From Candidatus Latescibacterota bacterium (GTDB taxonomy: Bacteria; Latescibacterota; UBA2968; UBA8231): DNA of 64,000 bases. Under the pieces are notes generated by a model that worked only from the letters and a program-made list of their open reading frames with translations, had not been told where the DNA came from and did no database searches. The stretch spans positions 1,344,001 through 1,408,000 of the forward strand of contig CBDFJF010000002.1 in NCBI GenBank assembly GCA_965248265.1, read 5' to 3'. Shown here piece after piece: positions 9,152 through 18,834 of the stretch (positions are counted from its first letter, which is position 1; every line of letters begins with the position of its first letter). The translations under genes and the position numbers were made by a program.

Positions 9152-11272
9152 GTGGCGTCCGCCACTCTGGTGGTGTCGTGCGAGAAATCCGGAGTCGCTG
9201 GGCACGAGAAGATGGTGGCGCTCCTGTCCAAGGAGGCCAAGAGGACGTCCCTGTTCGACAATAGGGTTGGACAGTTCCAGGCGCCGGCGTTGCGCCGTCA
9301 GGTCGCTGGCATGGCTGGGGCCGAGCCGCGCCTGCGGTGGCCGGTGCTGCGGGGCCTGGCCAGCGAGGAGTCACGGCTCGGGAATCTCGATGCGGCGATC
9401 AAGCACTATGCCGAGGCTCTCGATTTGATCCGCGCCGAAGGCATCGAGAACACGTCGCTCTATCTGAACATCCTCGAGCTCGCGATTGTCTACATGCGCT
9501 GGGGCGAGACCCAGAACTGCGTGGCCATGCATACGAGTGACAGCTGCATCCTTCCGATCAGTGAGAAGGGTGTTTATGTGAACCAGGAAGGCTCGCGCAA
9601 GGCGATCGAGCTCTTAGAGGAGTATCTCGGGAGGTTCCCGGGGGCGCCCGCAGCGCGCTGGCTGCTTAACATCAACTACATGACCGTCGGGGATTACCCT
9701 GAAGGGGTCCCTGCGCCGTTTCTGATTCCGCCCGACACCTTTGCCTCGGATGAGCCCTTTCCACGCTTCACGGACATCGCGCCCGAGCTCGGGTTGAACG
9801 CATTCAGCCTCGCCGGAGGCAGCATCGTCGACGACTTCAATGGCGACGGCTGGCTCGACATCGTGAGCTCGAACTCTGATCCTTCCGGCCAGATGCGCTA
9901 CTTTGAAGGCAACCCCGACAACACGTTCACCGAGCGCACGCAAGAAGCCGGTCTGGTGGGTTTGTTGGGCGGTCTCAACATGAACAACACCGATTACAAC
10001 AACGACGGATTCCTGGACATCCTGGTCCTGCGCGGAGCCTGGCTGGCCCGGGCGGGCACCACACCCAACTCCCTCTTGAGGAACAACGGCGACGGCACTT
10101 TCATCGATGTGACCTTCGACGCCGGTTTGGCCGAGGCCAGCTATCCAACGCAGACGGCGGGGTGGGCCGACTACGACAACGACGGCGACCTGGATCTGTA
10201 CGTGGGCAATGAAAGCGAGCAGGAGTTCACCGCTCCGTGCCAGCTCTTCCGCAACGAGGGCGATGGAACGTTCGTTGACGTGGCCAGAGAAGCGGGCGTG
10301 CTGAACGGGCGCTACGCCAAGGGTGTCATCTGGGGCGATTACGATGGGGACCGTTTCCCCGATCTTTACGTATCCAACATGTTCGGGGAAAACCGGCTCT
10401 ACCACAACAACGGCGACGGGACCTTTACGGACGTCGCCAAGAAGCTGGGCGTCCTCGCACCCCACACAAGCTTCCCGCCCTGGTTCTGGGACTTCGACAA
10501 TGACGGTGCCTTGGACCTTTGGGTCGCGTCCTACATAGAGTCGTTGGATGTATTCGTGGCCAGCTACCTCGGGTTGGAGCACGAGGGTGAGCTGGCATGC
10601 CTCTACCGCGGAGACGGCAAGGGTGGCTTCCGAAATGTTGCCTCGGAGCAGGGCCTCACGTTGCTGACGCTGACGATGGGCTGCAACTTCGGCGATCTGG
10701 ACAACGACGGCTACCTGGACTTCTACCAGGGCACGGGCTACCCGGGGTACGAGGCCCTGATGCCGAACGTGATGTACCGCAACCGCGGCGGGAAGGGCTT
10801 CGTGGACGTGACGATGGCCGGCGGGTTCGGCCACCTGCAGAAGGGCCATGGGGTGGCCTTCGCAGACCTCGACTACGACGGGGATCAGGACGTCTACATG
10901 CAATTCGGGGGCGCCTGGCCCGGCGACAAATACGGCAACGCGTTGTTCGAGAATCCGGGCTTCGACAACCACTGGATCAGGGTGCGGCTCTCGGGCGTAC
11001 AGTCAAATCGACCAGGGATCGGAGCGCGCATCCGCTGCGAGATCCAGGAGGCCGGGAAGCGTCGCTCGGTGTACAGGCACGTGAACAGCGGCGGGAGCTT
11101 CGGGGGCAACCCGCTCATGCAGATGATCGGGCTCGGAACGGCGACGCAGGTGGACGTGCTGGAGGTGTACTGGCCTACGAGTGATCGGTTGCAGACCTTC
11201 CGCGATGTGGCGGTAGACCAGTCGATCCTCATCACGGAGGGCCAGGATACGTTCGAGCGCCTGCCGCGCTGA
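9152..11272 (+). CDS. CRTAC1-family (FG-GAP/VCBS repeats + ASPIC/UnbV) lipoprotein with N-terminal TPR-like segment; start uncertain
   Basis: Repeated DxNxDGxxD motifs; GETQNC, HLQKGHGVAFADLD and GVQSNRPGIGARI...VNSGGSFG ASPIC/UnbV motifs. Confidence 0.9.
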   Translation: MASATLVVSCEKSGVAGHEKMVALLSKEAKRTSLFDNRVGQFQAPALRRQVAGMAGAEPRLRWPVLRGLASEESRLGNLDAAIKHYAEALDLIRAEGIENTSLYLNILELAIVYMRWGETQNCVAMHTSDSCILPISEKGVYVNQEGSRKAIELLEEYLGRFPGAPAARWLLNINYMTVGDYPEGVPAPFLIPPDTFASDEPFPRFTDIAPELGLNAFSLAGGSIVDDFNGDGWLDIVSSNSDPSGQMRYFEGNPDNTFTERTQEAGLVGLLGGLNMNNTDYNNDGFLDILVLRGAWLARAGTTPNSLLRNNGDGTFIDVTFDAGLAEASYPTQTAGWADYDNDGDLDLYVGNESEQEFTAPCQLFRNEGDGTFVDVAREAGVLNGRYAKGVIWGDYDGDRFPDLYVSNMFGENRLYHNNGDGTFTDVAKKLGVLAPHTSFPPWFWDFDNDGALDLWVASYIESLDVFVASYLGLEHEGELACLYRGDGKGGFRNVASEQGLTLLTLTMGCNFGDLDNDGYLDFYQGTGYPGYEALMPNVMYRNRGGKGFVDVTMAGGFGHLQKGHGVAFADLDYDGDQDVYMQFGGAWPGDKYGNALFENPGFDNHWIRVRLSGVQSNRPGIGARIRCEIQEAGKRRSVYRHVNSGGSFGGNPLMQMIGLGTATQVDVLEVYWPTSDRLQTFRDVAVDQSILITEGQDTFERLPR

Positions 11273-11348
11273 GAAGCTGGTTCGATGGCGCACCAGCCGA
11301 CTGCTTCCCTTGCTTGCGTTGGAAGTCTTCGGTTTCGAATATATCGTG

Positions 11349-12743
11349 ATGATGGTATTCTCATCTCCGGTGGTACTGCGTTGGGGAGGACTCTGCTGGC
11401 TCCTGGCGTACTATGGTTGCGGACCTCAGCCAACACTTCCGGAGCTCACGATTCCTGAGAGTCTCGATGCTGAGATCCGTTCCCTGGTAGATGATCGTCT
11501 CGAAAGGGTACGCGAAGACCCATCGAATGCGGAGCGGTTGGGGCAGCTCGGCCTGGTTTTCGAGGCAAACGTGCTCTGGCAACAGGCCCGCCAGTGTTTC
11601 GAGGCGGCGGTGTTACTGGCCCCGCGGGAACCCGTCTGGGCTTACCATGCCGCCCGCGCCACGCAGCATCTGGGCGATTTCGACGGCGCCGTAGCGGCCA
11701 TGCATGCGGTGGTGAAGAGCTTTCCAATCTTTGCTCCCGCCCAGCACCATCTCGGGGACCTGCTGCTCGAGTTTGGCGACGTCGAGGGGGCGGACGCAGC
11801 GTTCCGGCGTGCCGTAAAATTGCACGGGAAGTCCCCAGAAGGGCACGTCGGTATCGGCCGTGTCGCTCTCGAGCGTCGTGATTATCCTGGTGCCGTCACC
11901 GCTCTAGAGCGGGCTCTCTCGCTCCAACCGGGCCACAAAATGGCGGCATTTCTCGTGGGGCGCGCCTACCGGCGCCTCGGTCGCACCGAGGATGCGGATC
12001 GCGCCCAGGCTCAAGGTGAGGATGCCGAGAAGTCCTACATACTCGACCGCACGAGCAGGGACCTGGCGCGCTACTCCCGCGGCTACAGCACGCGGCTCGA
12101 TCACGCGGTGGGATTCATCCGCGCCGGCAAACCCGCAGACGCCATCGTCGTCCTGGAGAGGATGTATCAGGAGCGGCCGCGGGACTTGATGGTCATGAAC
12201 AACCTCGCGGTGGCGTATCGCCGGGTGAACCGCGCTCGAGAGGCCCTCGCCATCCTCGATGCGAGCATTGAGGTTCACCCTGACGCGTTCGGGACATACA
12301 TCAACAAGGCGGATTGCCTCGCCTCGCTCAAGCTGTATCCGCAGGCACTCGCGGCCGCGAACGCCGCCATCGAAAGGGGTCCACAGATCGCGCAAGCTCA
12401 CTTCGAGCGCGGCAAGGCGCTTCTATTCATGGGAGAGTTCGCCCCGGCGCGTGTGTCTCTGGAGACCGCCATCGGTCTCGACAACCGGCGGCCTGCTTTC
12501 CATCAGGCTCTTGCGCAGGTGTGCCTCCACCTCGAGGACCGCACCGGGGCGCGAGCGGTGCTGGAAGAGCTTCTCCGGCTCACTCCACAAAGCATCAGCC
12601 ACCTCGTCAACCTCGGCGTCGTCTGCGTGGATCTCGAGGACTGGCCCGCCGCGATGCGAGCCCTCGAGGCCGCTCGCAAACTCAACCCGAACCACCCAGC
12701 CGTGAAGCAATTCGAGCAATACTACGAGCAGCGCAAACCGTGA
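11349..12743 (+). CDS. Tetratricopeptide-repeat lipoprotein
   Basis: Lipobox-like YYGC; continuous TPR repeats (A...LG......G....A...F.RA..L.P). Start chosen among several candidates (11310-11352). Confidence 0.85.
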   Translation: MMVFSSPVVLRWGGLCWLLAYYGCGPQPTLPELTIPESLDAEIRSLVDDRLERVREDPSNAERLGQLGLVFEANVLWQQARQCFEAAVLLAPREPVWAYHAARATQHLGDFDGAVAAMHAVVKSFPIFAPAQHHLGDLLLEFGDVEGADAAFRRAVKLHGKSPEGHVGIGRVALERRDYPGAVTALERALSLQPGHKMAAFLVGRAYRRLGRTEDADRAQAQGEDAEKSYILDRTSRDLARYSRGYSTRLDHAVGFIRAGKPADAIVVLERMYQERPRDLMVMNNLAVAYRRVNRAREALAILDASIEVHPDAFGTYINKADCLASLKLYPQALAAANAAIERGPQIAQAHFERGKALLFMGEFAPARVSLETAIGLDNRRPAFHQALAQVCLHLEDRTGARAVLEELLRLTPQSISHLVNLGVVCVDLEDWPAAMRALEAARKLNPNHPAVKQFEQYYEQRKP

Positions 12744-14416
12744 TGCGCGCGCGGAGATCGTCCGTCGCGGCAGCGCTGTTGGTCGTGAGTCTCGGCTGCG
12801 AGCGAACGCCGACCACCACGAACAGGAACGCGACTGCCGAGTCCGGCGGATCCCCGTGGTTCGAGGACCGAACCGCGGGCTCGGGCATCGACTTCCTGCA
12901 CACGTCAGGCAAGCAGAAGCGATTCTGGTATCCGGAGATCGTCGCCAGCGGCGTTCTCCTCCTCGACTACGACGGAGACAGGCTCCTCGACGTCTATCTG
13001 GTTCAGGGTGGTGAGATCGCCGCCGGAGGAGATTCACCGGGGAATCGTCTGTACCGGAACCTCGGGGATTTTCGCTTCCAGGATGCGACGGAGAGCGCCG
13101 GCGTCGGCGACAGGGGCTATGGCATAGGCGGCACCGTTGCGGACTACGACGGCGATGGAGACACCGACTTCTACGTCACGAATCTGGGGGCGAACGTCCT
13201 CTACCGCAACGAAGGCAACGGCCAGTTCACGGACGTCACCACCGACGCCGGAGTCGGCGATGCGGACTGGAGCGCGAGCAGCGTCTTCTTCGACGCCGAC
13301 CGTGACGGAGATCTGGATCTCTATGTAGTAGACTATCTGCGCTGGTCGATCGCTGCCGACGTCGAGTGTTTCTCCGCATCCGGGCGGCGCGTCTACTGCA
13401 ATCCGAACAACTTCCAAGCGCCGCTGCCGGATGTACTCTACCGCAACGACGGCGACGGGCGCTTCACCGACATCAGCGCCGAGGCTGGCATCCACCAGGC
13501 GCGGGGTAACGGACTCGGAGTCGTGGCCGGGGATTTTGGTGGCGACGATCGCATCGATCTCTACGTCGCCAACGACGGCATGGCCAACCAGCTGTGGATC
13601 AACCAGGGCGGTTTGAAGTTCGTCGACGAGGGACTCTCCTCGGGGACGGCTTTCAACGCCGTCGGCGAGGCGGAGGCCGGTATGGGTGTCGCCGCCACGG
13701 ATGTCGACCACGATGGGGATCTCGACCTGTTCGTCTCGCACCTGAGGGAAGAAACGAACACGTTTTATGTCCGTGAGCAAGGCGGTTTCTTCGAGGATAT
13801 CACGAATCGCACCGGGCTCGGCTCAACGAGCTATGAGTTCACCGGTTTCGGGCTCGGCATCATCGACTTCGACCACGATGGCCTCCTCGACATCTACCTG
13901 GCGAACGGCCGCGTCGGCTACTGGGAACCGATCAACGACCCGGAGGACATCTACGCGGAGTCGAATCAGCTCTTCCGCGGCGTCGATGTGCTGAGATTCG
14001 AGGAAGTCGCGCCTCGGGGAGGTACCGCGAGGCCGATCGTCGAGACGAGCCGTGCCGCCGCCTTCGGAGACCTCGACAACGACGGCGCCGTCGACGTCGT
14101 CGTCAACAACCTCGATGCGAAGGTCACGGTTTTACGCAACACGGTCGGTTCACGGGGACATTGGGTGCAGTTCGCCGTCCGCGGCCGTGATGGGCGATAT
14201 GACCTGCACGCCCGGGTGCGTATCGACGCCGGGGGGGTGTCGCGCTGGCGGCGGGTGGAGCGGGCTTACAGCTACTGTGGAAGCAACGACCCTCGCGTCC
14301 ACTGCGGGTTGGGAGCCGCGGCGGTCGTGGACATGGTCACCGTGTACTGGACGGACGGCGCGACGAGTGAATTCGGACCCTTCGAAGTCGATCAAACTCA
14401 TGTCCTCCAACGCTAG
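12743..14416 (+). CDS. CRTAC1-family (FG-GAP + ASPIC/UnbV) lipoprotein
   Basis: ATG overlaps the TPR stop (TGATG); lipobox VSLGC; DYDGD repeats, AGMGV, SRAAAFGDLDNDG, SYCGSNDPRVHCGLG. Confidence 0.9.
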   Translation: MRARRSSVAAALLVVSLGCERTPTTTNRNATAESGGSPWFEDRTAGSGIDFLHTSGKQKRFWYPEIVASGVLLLDYDGDRLLDVYLVQGGEIAAGGDSPGNRLYRNLGDFRFQDATESAGVGDRGYGIGGTVADYDGDGDTDFYVTNLGANVLYRNEGNGQFTDVTTDAGVGDADWSASSVFFDADRDGDLDLYVVDYLRWSIAADVECFSASGRRVYCNPNNFQAPLPDVLYRNDGDGRFTDISAEAGIHQARGNGLGVVAGDFGGDDRIDLYVANDGMANQLWINQGGLKFVDEGLSSGTAFNAVGEAEAGMGVAATDVDHDGDLDLFVSHLREETNTFYVREQGGFFEDITNRTGLGSTSYEFTGFGLGIIDFDHDGLLDIYLANGRVGYWEPINDPEDIYAESNQLFRGVDVLRFEEVAPRGGTARPIVETSRAAAFGDLDNDGAVDVVVNNLDAKVTVLRNTVGSRGHWVQFAVRGRDGRYDLHARVRIDAGGVSRWRRVERAYSYCGSNDPRVHCGLGAAAVVDMVTVYWTDGATSEFGPFEVDQTHVLQR

Positions 14417-14576
14417 GAGCCCGTTGATAAACCCCATTTGGCCTGAGGCCGGCCCTTTCGTCCGATCTCTGCGTTGTGCTCACTCGCCGCATCCCACTGA
14501 TGCGACTCGATCGCACGCCTTGATATCGGCCAAAATTGCTCGGCCTCAGCTCCAAAGCGGGTTTATCAACGGGCTC
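14417..14576. mobile_element. MITE-like element, 160 bp, at a CTAG site (IS5/IS1182-like ends)
   Basis: Perfect 18-bp inverted repeats GAGCCCGTTGATAAACCC / GGGTTTATCAACGGGCTC, extended imperfectly to about 35 bp; flanks CTAG (contains the upstream gene's stop) and CTGG. Confidence 0.75.
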
Positions 14577-14639
14577 CTGGTATCCTGTCCGGCGGTGGTA
14601 GACCATCATGGTGACCGTCAGTCAATGAAGGGCTGATTT

Positions 14640-17516
14640 ATGACCTTTGATCTGCGCTCACTCATTTTTTTGATCCCGGTTTACGTTGCTTTTTTCGCAT
14701 CCGGCGCGAGTAGTCTGATCGCTGAGGTTACATGGAATCGGATGCTGATCACGGTCGTCGGTAACTCGATGAGTGCAACGGCCATGATTTTGGTTGCGTT
14801 CATGGGAGGACTTGGACTCGGAAGCCACATCGGGGGGAAATTCTTCAGCGGACGCAGCGCTTCGCTCGTTCCGTATATCTTGCTGGAGATTGCCATCGGC
14901 GCCTATGTATTTTTCTCGCCCGCGCTGTTCGATCTGCTGGCGTATCTCTTCACCCTACTGGCTGAGAATGTTGACGATCGAGCCAACCTGACCATCGCGC
15001 GCATCGCTGTCAGCCTTGCGGCGCTGCTACTTCCCGCCTTTCTGATGGGCGCGACGTTTCCAGCTATCATCTCGGCGGTAGCGCCGGATTCGTCGTCACA
15101 GCGAACAGCACGCACAGGCTATTTGTACAGCACCAACACCTTGGGTGCCGCCGTGGGTTGCTTCGTGGCTGGATACTTCCTGTTGGGCGAGTTTGGTGTT
15201 CAGACCACCTTGGCCTGCGCCCTCGGCCTTTATTTCGTTGCGGTGGTGTGTGCGTTCGCGGCCAGAGCAGCTACAAGGCGCAAACCCAGTGACGTCCCCG
15301 CCGCCGCGCCGATCTCCGGTGGTACCGGCCCGTTCGTAGACATTAGTTCGAAGCGTTTTCTAAACATCGCGACCTTCGGAATGGGATTCGTCGCGCTTGC
15401 CTACCAAGTGCTCCTGACGAGGCTGGGCATTCTGTACCTGGGTAACAGTGCACCGGTATTTCCGGTCGTGCTGACTGGTTTTCTCTTGGGAACAGGTATC
15501 AGTGCCATGCTGGGGACATGGCTCTACGGACTGTTGCGCCGCACCACGCAAAGAAGCAACAGCCTCTTTGGCCTCACTGCGCTTGGTGCTGGAGTGTTTG
15601 TCCTCTTGACCCCGTATCTTCTGTTGACGCTCAGCACAGACCAGTCTGCCCAGTTCGCTGCATTCAGTTTTGCAAACCTGGTACCTATTCTGGCGATCAT
15701 CGTCGCTCCCACGATTCTTATCGGTGCTCTGCTGCCGGTTGCGATCAGAATGCTCCAACCGGAGGGGCGTGGCCAGGCAACACGAGAAGCCGCCACACTC
15801 TATGCGCTCAATACGGCTGGAGGCCTGCTGGGTGCCGGCCTGGTAAATCATTACCTGGTCCCGCTCATCGGAGTCCAGGGCATCCTCATCAGTATAGCTT
15901 CGATATGTGCTGCAGTGGGCATCTGCAATCTGCGCTCTCCAGGTAAAAGTTTTCGCCGTTGGTCTGCCACCACTCTAAGTGTTGTCGCGTTAGCGGTTGC
16001 TCTCGCACTAACCCTGCCAAGGATCATAGATCTGTACGCAGCGAGACTCGCGGCATCCAAGAAAGCGCTTTCGACGGAGGTCCGCCTGATTCAGGAGGGA
16101 CGCGCCGCAACGGTCAGCGTCATTGACCAAGTGGATCCCAGGAAGGGCACATACCGCGACATGTACCTGAACGGTGTTGAGGAAGCTTCAACCCGTTATT
16201 GGCACACCCAACTGTTCAAGCTATTGGGAAGTTTTCCGGTGCTGGCCCACGAGGCGGAGGAACCCAAAGAGGTGCTGGTGATCGCCTTTGGGGCCGGTAT
16301 CACGGCGGGCTCGGTACTGGCCTCTGATGAGGTCTCCAACCTCGATGTCGTCGACCTCAATCCCGATGTGGAAGGCATCAACGACCTGTTTACGGATGTG
16401 AACGGGGATGTGTTTCACAAGCCGAGATTCCGTTTTCACAATGACGACGGCCGCAACTACCTGGTGACCAGCAACAAGCGGTATGACGTGATTATCAGCG
16501 ATTCGACCCATCCGCGCGCCTACGATAGCTGGGTTCTCTACACGGAGGAATTCTACCAGGCCGTCAAAGAACGTCTTCTTTCCGGTGGTATATTTGCGCA
16601 GTGGGTGCCGGTGCTCGGTGACATGCAGGGAGACCTGTTCACGATACATCTGAATACGTTCCGACGGGTGTTCCCCAACTCCACGTTCTGGTATGTCTAC
16701 GGCTCCGACCAGGCGTTTCTCCTGGCTACCCCCGAACCCTTCATGTTCGACGTTGAACGCCTGCAAAAGCAACTGGACCAGTTGCCCGAATGGTTTCGTG
16801 CGGAAGAATACCAGATCGACACGGTCACCCGCATCGCCGGTTTCTTCTGGATGGATGAGGCGGCCATGGCGACGATGATCGGTCGCGAGACGAGGGTCAA
16901 CACCGACGATCTTCACTACTTCGATAAGCAATCCGCATTGGTGCCGGCACCGGCGCAATTGCGGCTTCCACGATTCCAGACCGCGGCTCTTCCCTATCTC
17001 GACCAAGCAGATCATACGCTTGCCGTTGCCATCCGCGAAGAGCAGCAAGTGGCTCAACTGGTGGCCAGGTATGGGTTCTACCGAACCGAGGAAGATCTGT
17101 TCAGAGCCTACTGCATCATGCCTAACAATGGCAATGTGCGATATTTCTTGTCTCGAGGACTCCCCGACGGCAAGCTGCCGGACAACGAGACCTTCTGTGA
17201 GGGATTACAGATAAGGAATTATCTAGCAGCCATCGCGAGGCAACCTGATGATGTTCGCGCCATGACCGATCTGGCGCGTCTTCACGCAGGTAAGGGCAGG
17301 TATGCTGAGGCAGAACCGCTTCTCAGGCAGGCGTTGGCAATAAGGGAGAAGGCCCTCGGGCCAGAGCACCCCGAGGTGGCGCAATCCTTGACCGATCTGG
17401 CACACCTGTATGAATCCCAGGGCAGGCATTCCGAGGCTGAACCACTTTTCAAGCGATCCCAGGAAATATTGAAGAAAATCTTTGGGCGAAGCATCCCCGC
17501 GTTGCGGAAACCATGA
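14640..17516 (+). CDS. Fused MFS-like membrane domain / spermidine-synthase-like methyltransferase with C-terminal TPR
   Basis: SGASSLIAEVTW.R, FMGGLGLGS, LY..NT.G (twice); VLVIAFGAGIT, DDGRNYL, YDVIISD, LYTEEFY; ALAIREKALGPEHPEVAQSL TPR. Confidence 0.9.
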   Translation: MTFDLRSLIFLIPVYVAFFASGASSLIAEVTWNRMLITVVGNSMSATAMILVAFMGGLGLGSHIGGKFFSGRSASLVPYILLEIAIGAYVFFSPALFDLLAYLFTLLAENVDDRANLTIARIAVSLAALLLPAFLMGATFPAIISAVAPDSSSQRTARTGYLYSTNTLGAAVGCFVAGYFLLGEFGVQTTLACALGLYFVAVVCAFAARAATRRKPSDVPAAAPISGGTGPFVDISSKRFLNIATFGMGFVALAYQVLLTRLGILYLGNSAPVFPVVLTGFLLGTGISAMLGTWLYGLLRRTTQRSNSLFGLTALGAGVFVLLTPYLLLTLSTDQSAQFAAFSFANLVPILAIIVAPTILIGALLPVAIRMLQPEGRGQATREAATLYALNTAGGLLGAGLVNHYLVPLIGVQGILISIASICAAVGICNLRSPGKSFRRWSATTLSVVALAVALALTLPRIIDLYAARLAASKKALSTEVRLIQEGRAATVSVIDQVDPRKGTYRDMYLNGVEEASTRYWHTQLFKLLGSFPVLAHEAEEPKEVLVIAFGAGITAGSVLASDEVSNLDVVDLNPDVEGINDLFTDVNGDVFHKPRFRFHNDDGRNYLVTSNKRYDVIISDSTHPRAYDSWVLYTEEFYQAVKERLLSGGIFAQWVPVLGDMQGDLFTIHLNTFRRVFPNSTFWYVYGSDQAFLLATPEPFMFDVERLQKQLDQLPEWFRAEEYQIDTVTRIAGFFWMDEAAMATMIGRETRVNTDDLHYFDKQSALVPAPAQLRLPRFQTAALPYLDQADHTLAVAIREEQQVAQLVARYGFYRTEEDLFRAYCIMPNNGNVRYFLSRGLPDGKLPDNETFCEGLQIRNYLAAIARQPDDVRAMTDLARLHAGKGRYAEAEPLLRQALAIREKALGPEHPEVAQSLTDLAHLYESQGRHSEAEPLFKRSQEILKKIFGRSIPALRKP

Positions 17517-17605
17517 GCAGTATAGTGCCCTGTTACGAGCGCAGCTTTACCATGGCCAGGGCAAGTGCGCGGATGCGTTCGTAGATAACCAGCAGAGAGG
17601 TTGAT

Positions 17606-18817
17606 ATGTCCCAGGACAAAGCCTACCGTGTTCGCGCGATTCCCTGCAGCCACAAGGCGTCGGGAGAGGAGATTTACGAGCGGCTCAAGAGTATCACCGC
17701 GCCCCTGGACCGCTCCTGGGCGAAAATCGAAAAGGCCCGCAAGGTCGGAATCAAGTTCAATATGCAGATGCGGACCGAGTCTGTGCGCCGCATAGGGGGT
17801 CGGCGCCAGGAGCTGGTCGACGAGGACGTGGTGCGCGCTTCGCTGCGCCTCTTGCAGGAACGCACCGATGCAGAGCTCTTCGTCATCGATACCAGCATGG
17901 TCCCGGCGGGCCAGCGGCCCGGGCACGATTTCAACATGGCACCCGTCTTTGAGGAGTTCGGGATCCCGTACGTGGAGGCCGGTGACCCGCCTTTCGAACG
18001 CTACAAGGTTCCCGGTGGGGGTACGATGTTTTCCGAGTACCAGCTTTCGGCCGCTCTCGGCGAAGCGGATGCCTTCGTGTCCGTCGCCAAGATGAAAAAC
18101 CACGGATTCATGGGGATCACCCTGTGTCTGAAGAACCTGTTCGGATTGCCGCCGATTCCACCGCACGGCCGGGTGCGGACCTACTTCCACCACGTCATCC
18201 GTCTCTCCTACGTGCTGCCGGACCTGGGGTTGATTACCCAGCCCTGCCTGAACATCATCGACGGTCTGACCGGCCAGGCCAGACGGGAGTGGGGTGGGGA
18301 AGGACGGATCTGCGATGCCCTGATCGCCGGCGACCACGTGATTGCCACCGACGCCTGTGGAATGCATCTGATGGGAACGGATCCACATCTCGATTGGCCG
18401 CATCCGCCTTTCCGACGGGATCGAAGTCCGATCGCGGTCGCTGCCGAACACGGTTTCGGCACGACGAACCTGGAGGAAATCGATTTTGACACGGGCGGGT
18501 TGCAACCGCCATTAGCCGAGTTCGATTCGGAGGAACTGGTGCCTGGTGAAATGGTCAAGAACCTGCGCCACACCGCTTGCGAGCAGGCGCTGTTCTACCG
18601 GGAGCACCGCCAGCGCCTGTGTGATCAGCACTCCGGCTCCTACATCTTTCTACAGGACGGCGAAGTCGTCTGGAGTGGCGCCGACCCCAACAAGGCCGGC
18701 ACGGTCGAGGATGTCACTGGGGACCGCAAGGATCACGCCGTGTGGCTCAAACTGGTCGATCCCGATGAGCGGGAGGGAGAGCACATCGGCGTGTATGAAC
18801 GCATTCTCGCGGCCTGA
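17606..18817 (+). CDS. DUF362-domain protein
   Basis: VGIKFN, SVAKMKNH...GITLCLKNLFG, LNIIDGL, IAGDHVIATD motifs. Confidence 0.8.
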   Translation: MSQDKAYRVRAIPCSHKASGEEIYERLKSITAPLDRSWAKIEKARKVGIKFNMQMRTESVRRIGGRRQELVDEDVVRASLRLLQERTDAELFVIDTSMVPAGQRPGHDFNMAPVFEEFGIPYVEAGDPPFERYKVPGGGTMFSEYQLSAALGEADAFVSVAKMKNHGFMGITLCLKNLFGLPPIPPHGRVRTYFHHVIRLSYVLPDLGLITQPCLNIIDGLTGQARREWGGEGRICDALIAGDHVIATDACGMHLMGTDPHLDWPHPPFRRDRSPIAVAAEHGFGTTNLEEIDFDTGGLQPPLAEFDSEELVPGEMVKNLRHTACEQALFYREHRQRLCDQHSGSYIFLQDGEVVWSGADPNKAGTVEDVTGDRKDHAVWLKLVDPDEREGEHIGVYERILAA

Positions 18818-18834
18818 GCCGTCTACCGCGCCTT

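Noticed and set aside
12314-12742. N-terminal 143 aa of the 700-aa ORF
   Set aside because: Overlaps the TPR gene out of frame; the real start is ATG 12743, which gives a lipoprotein signal.
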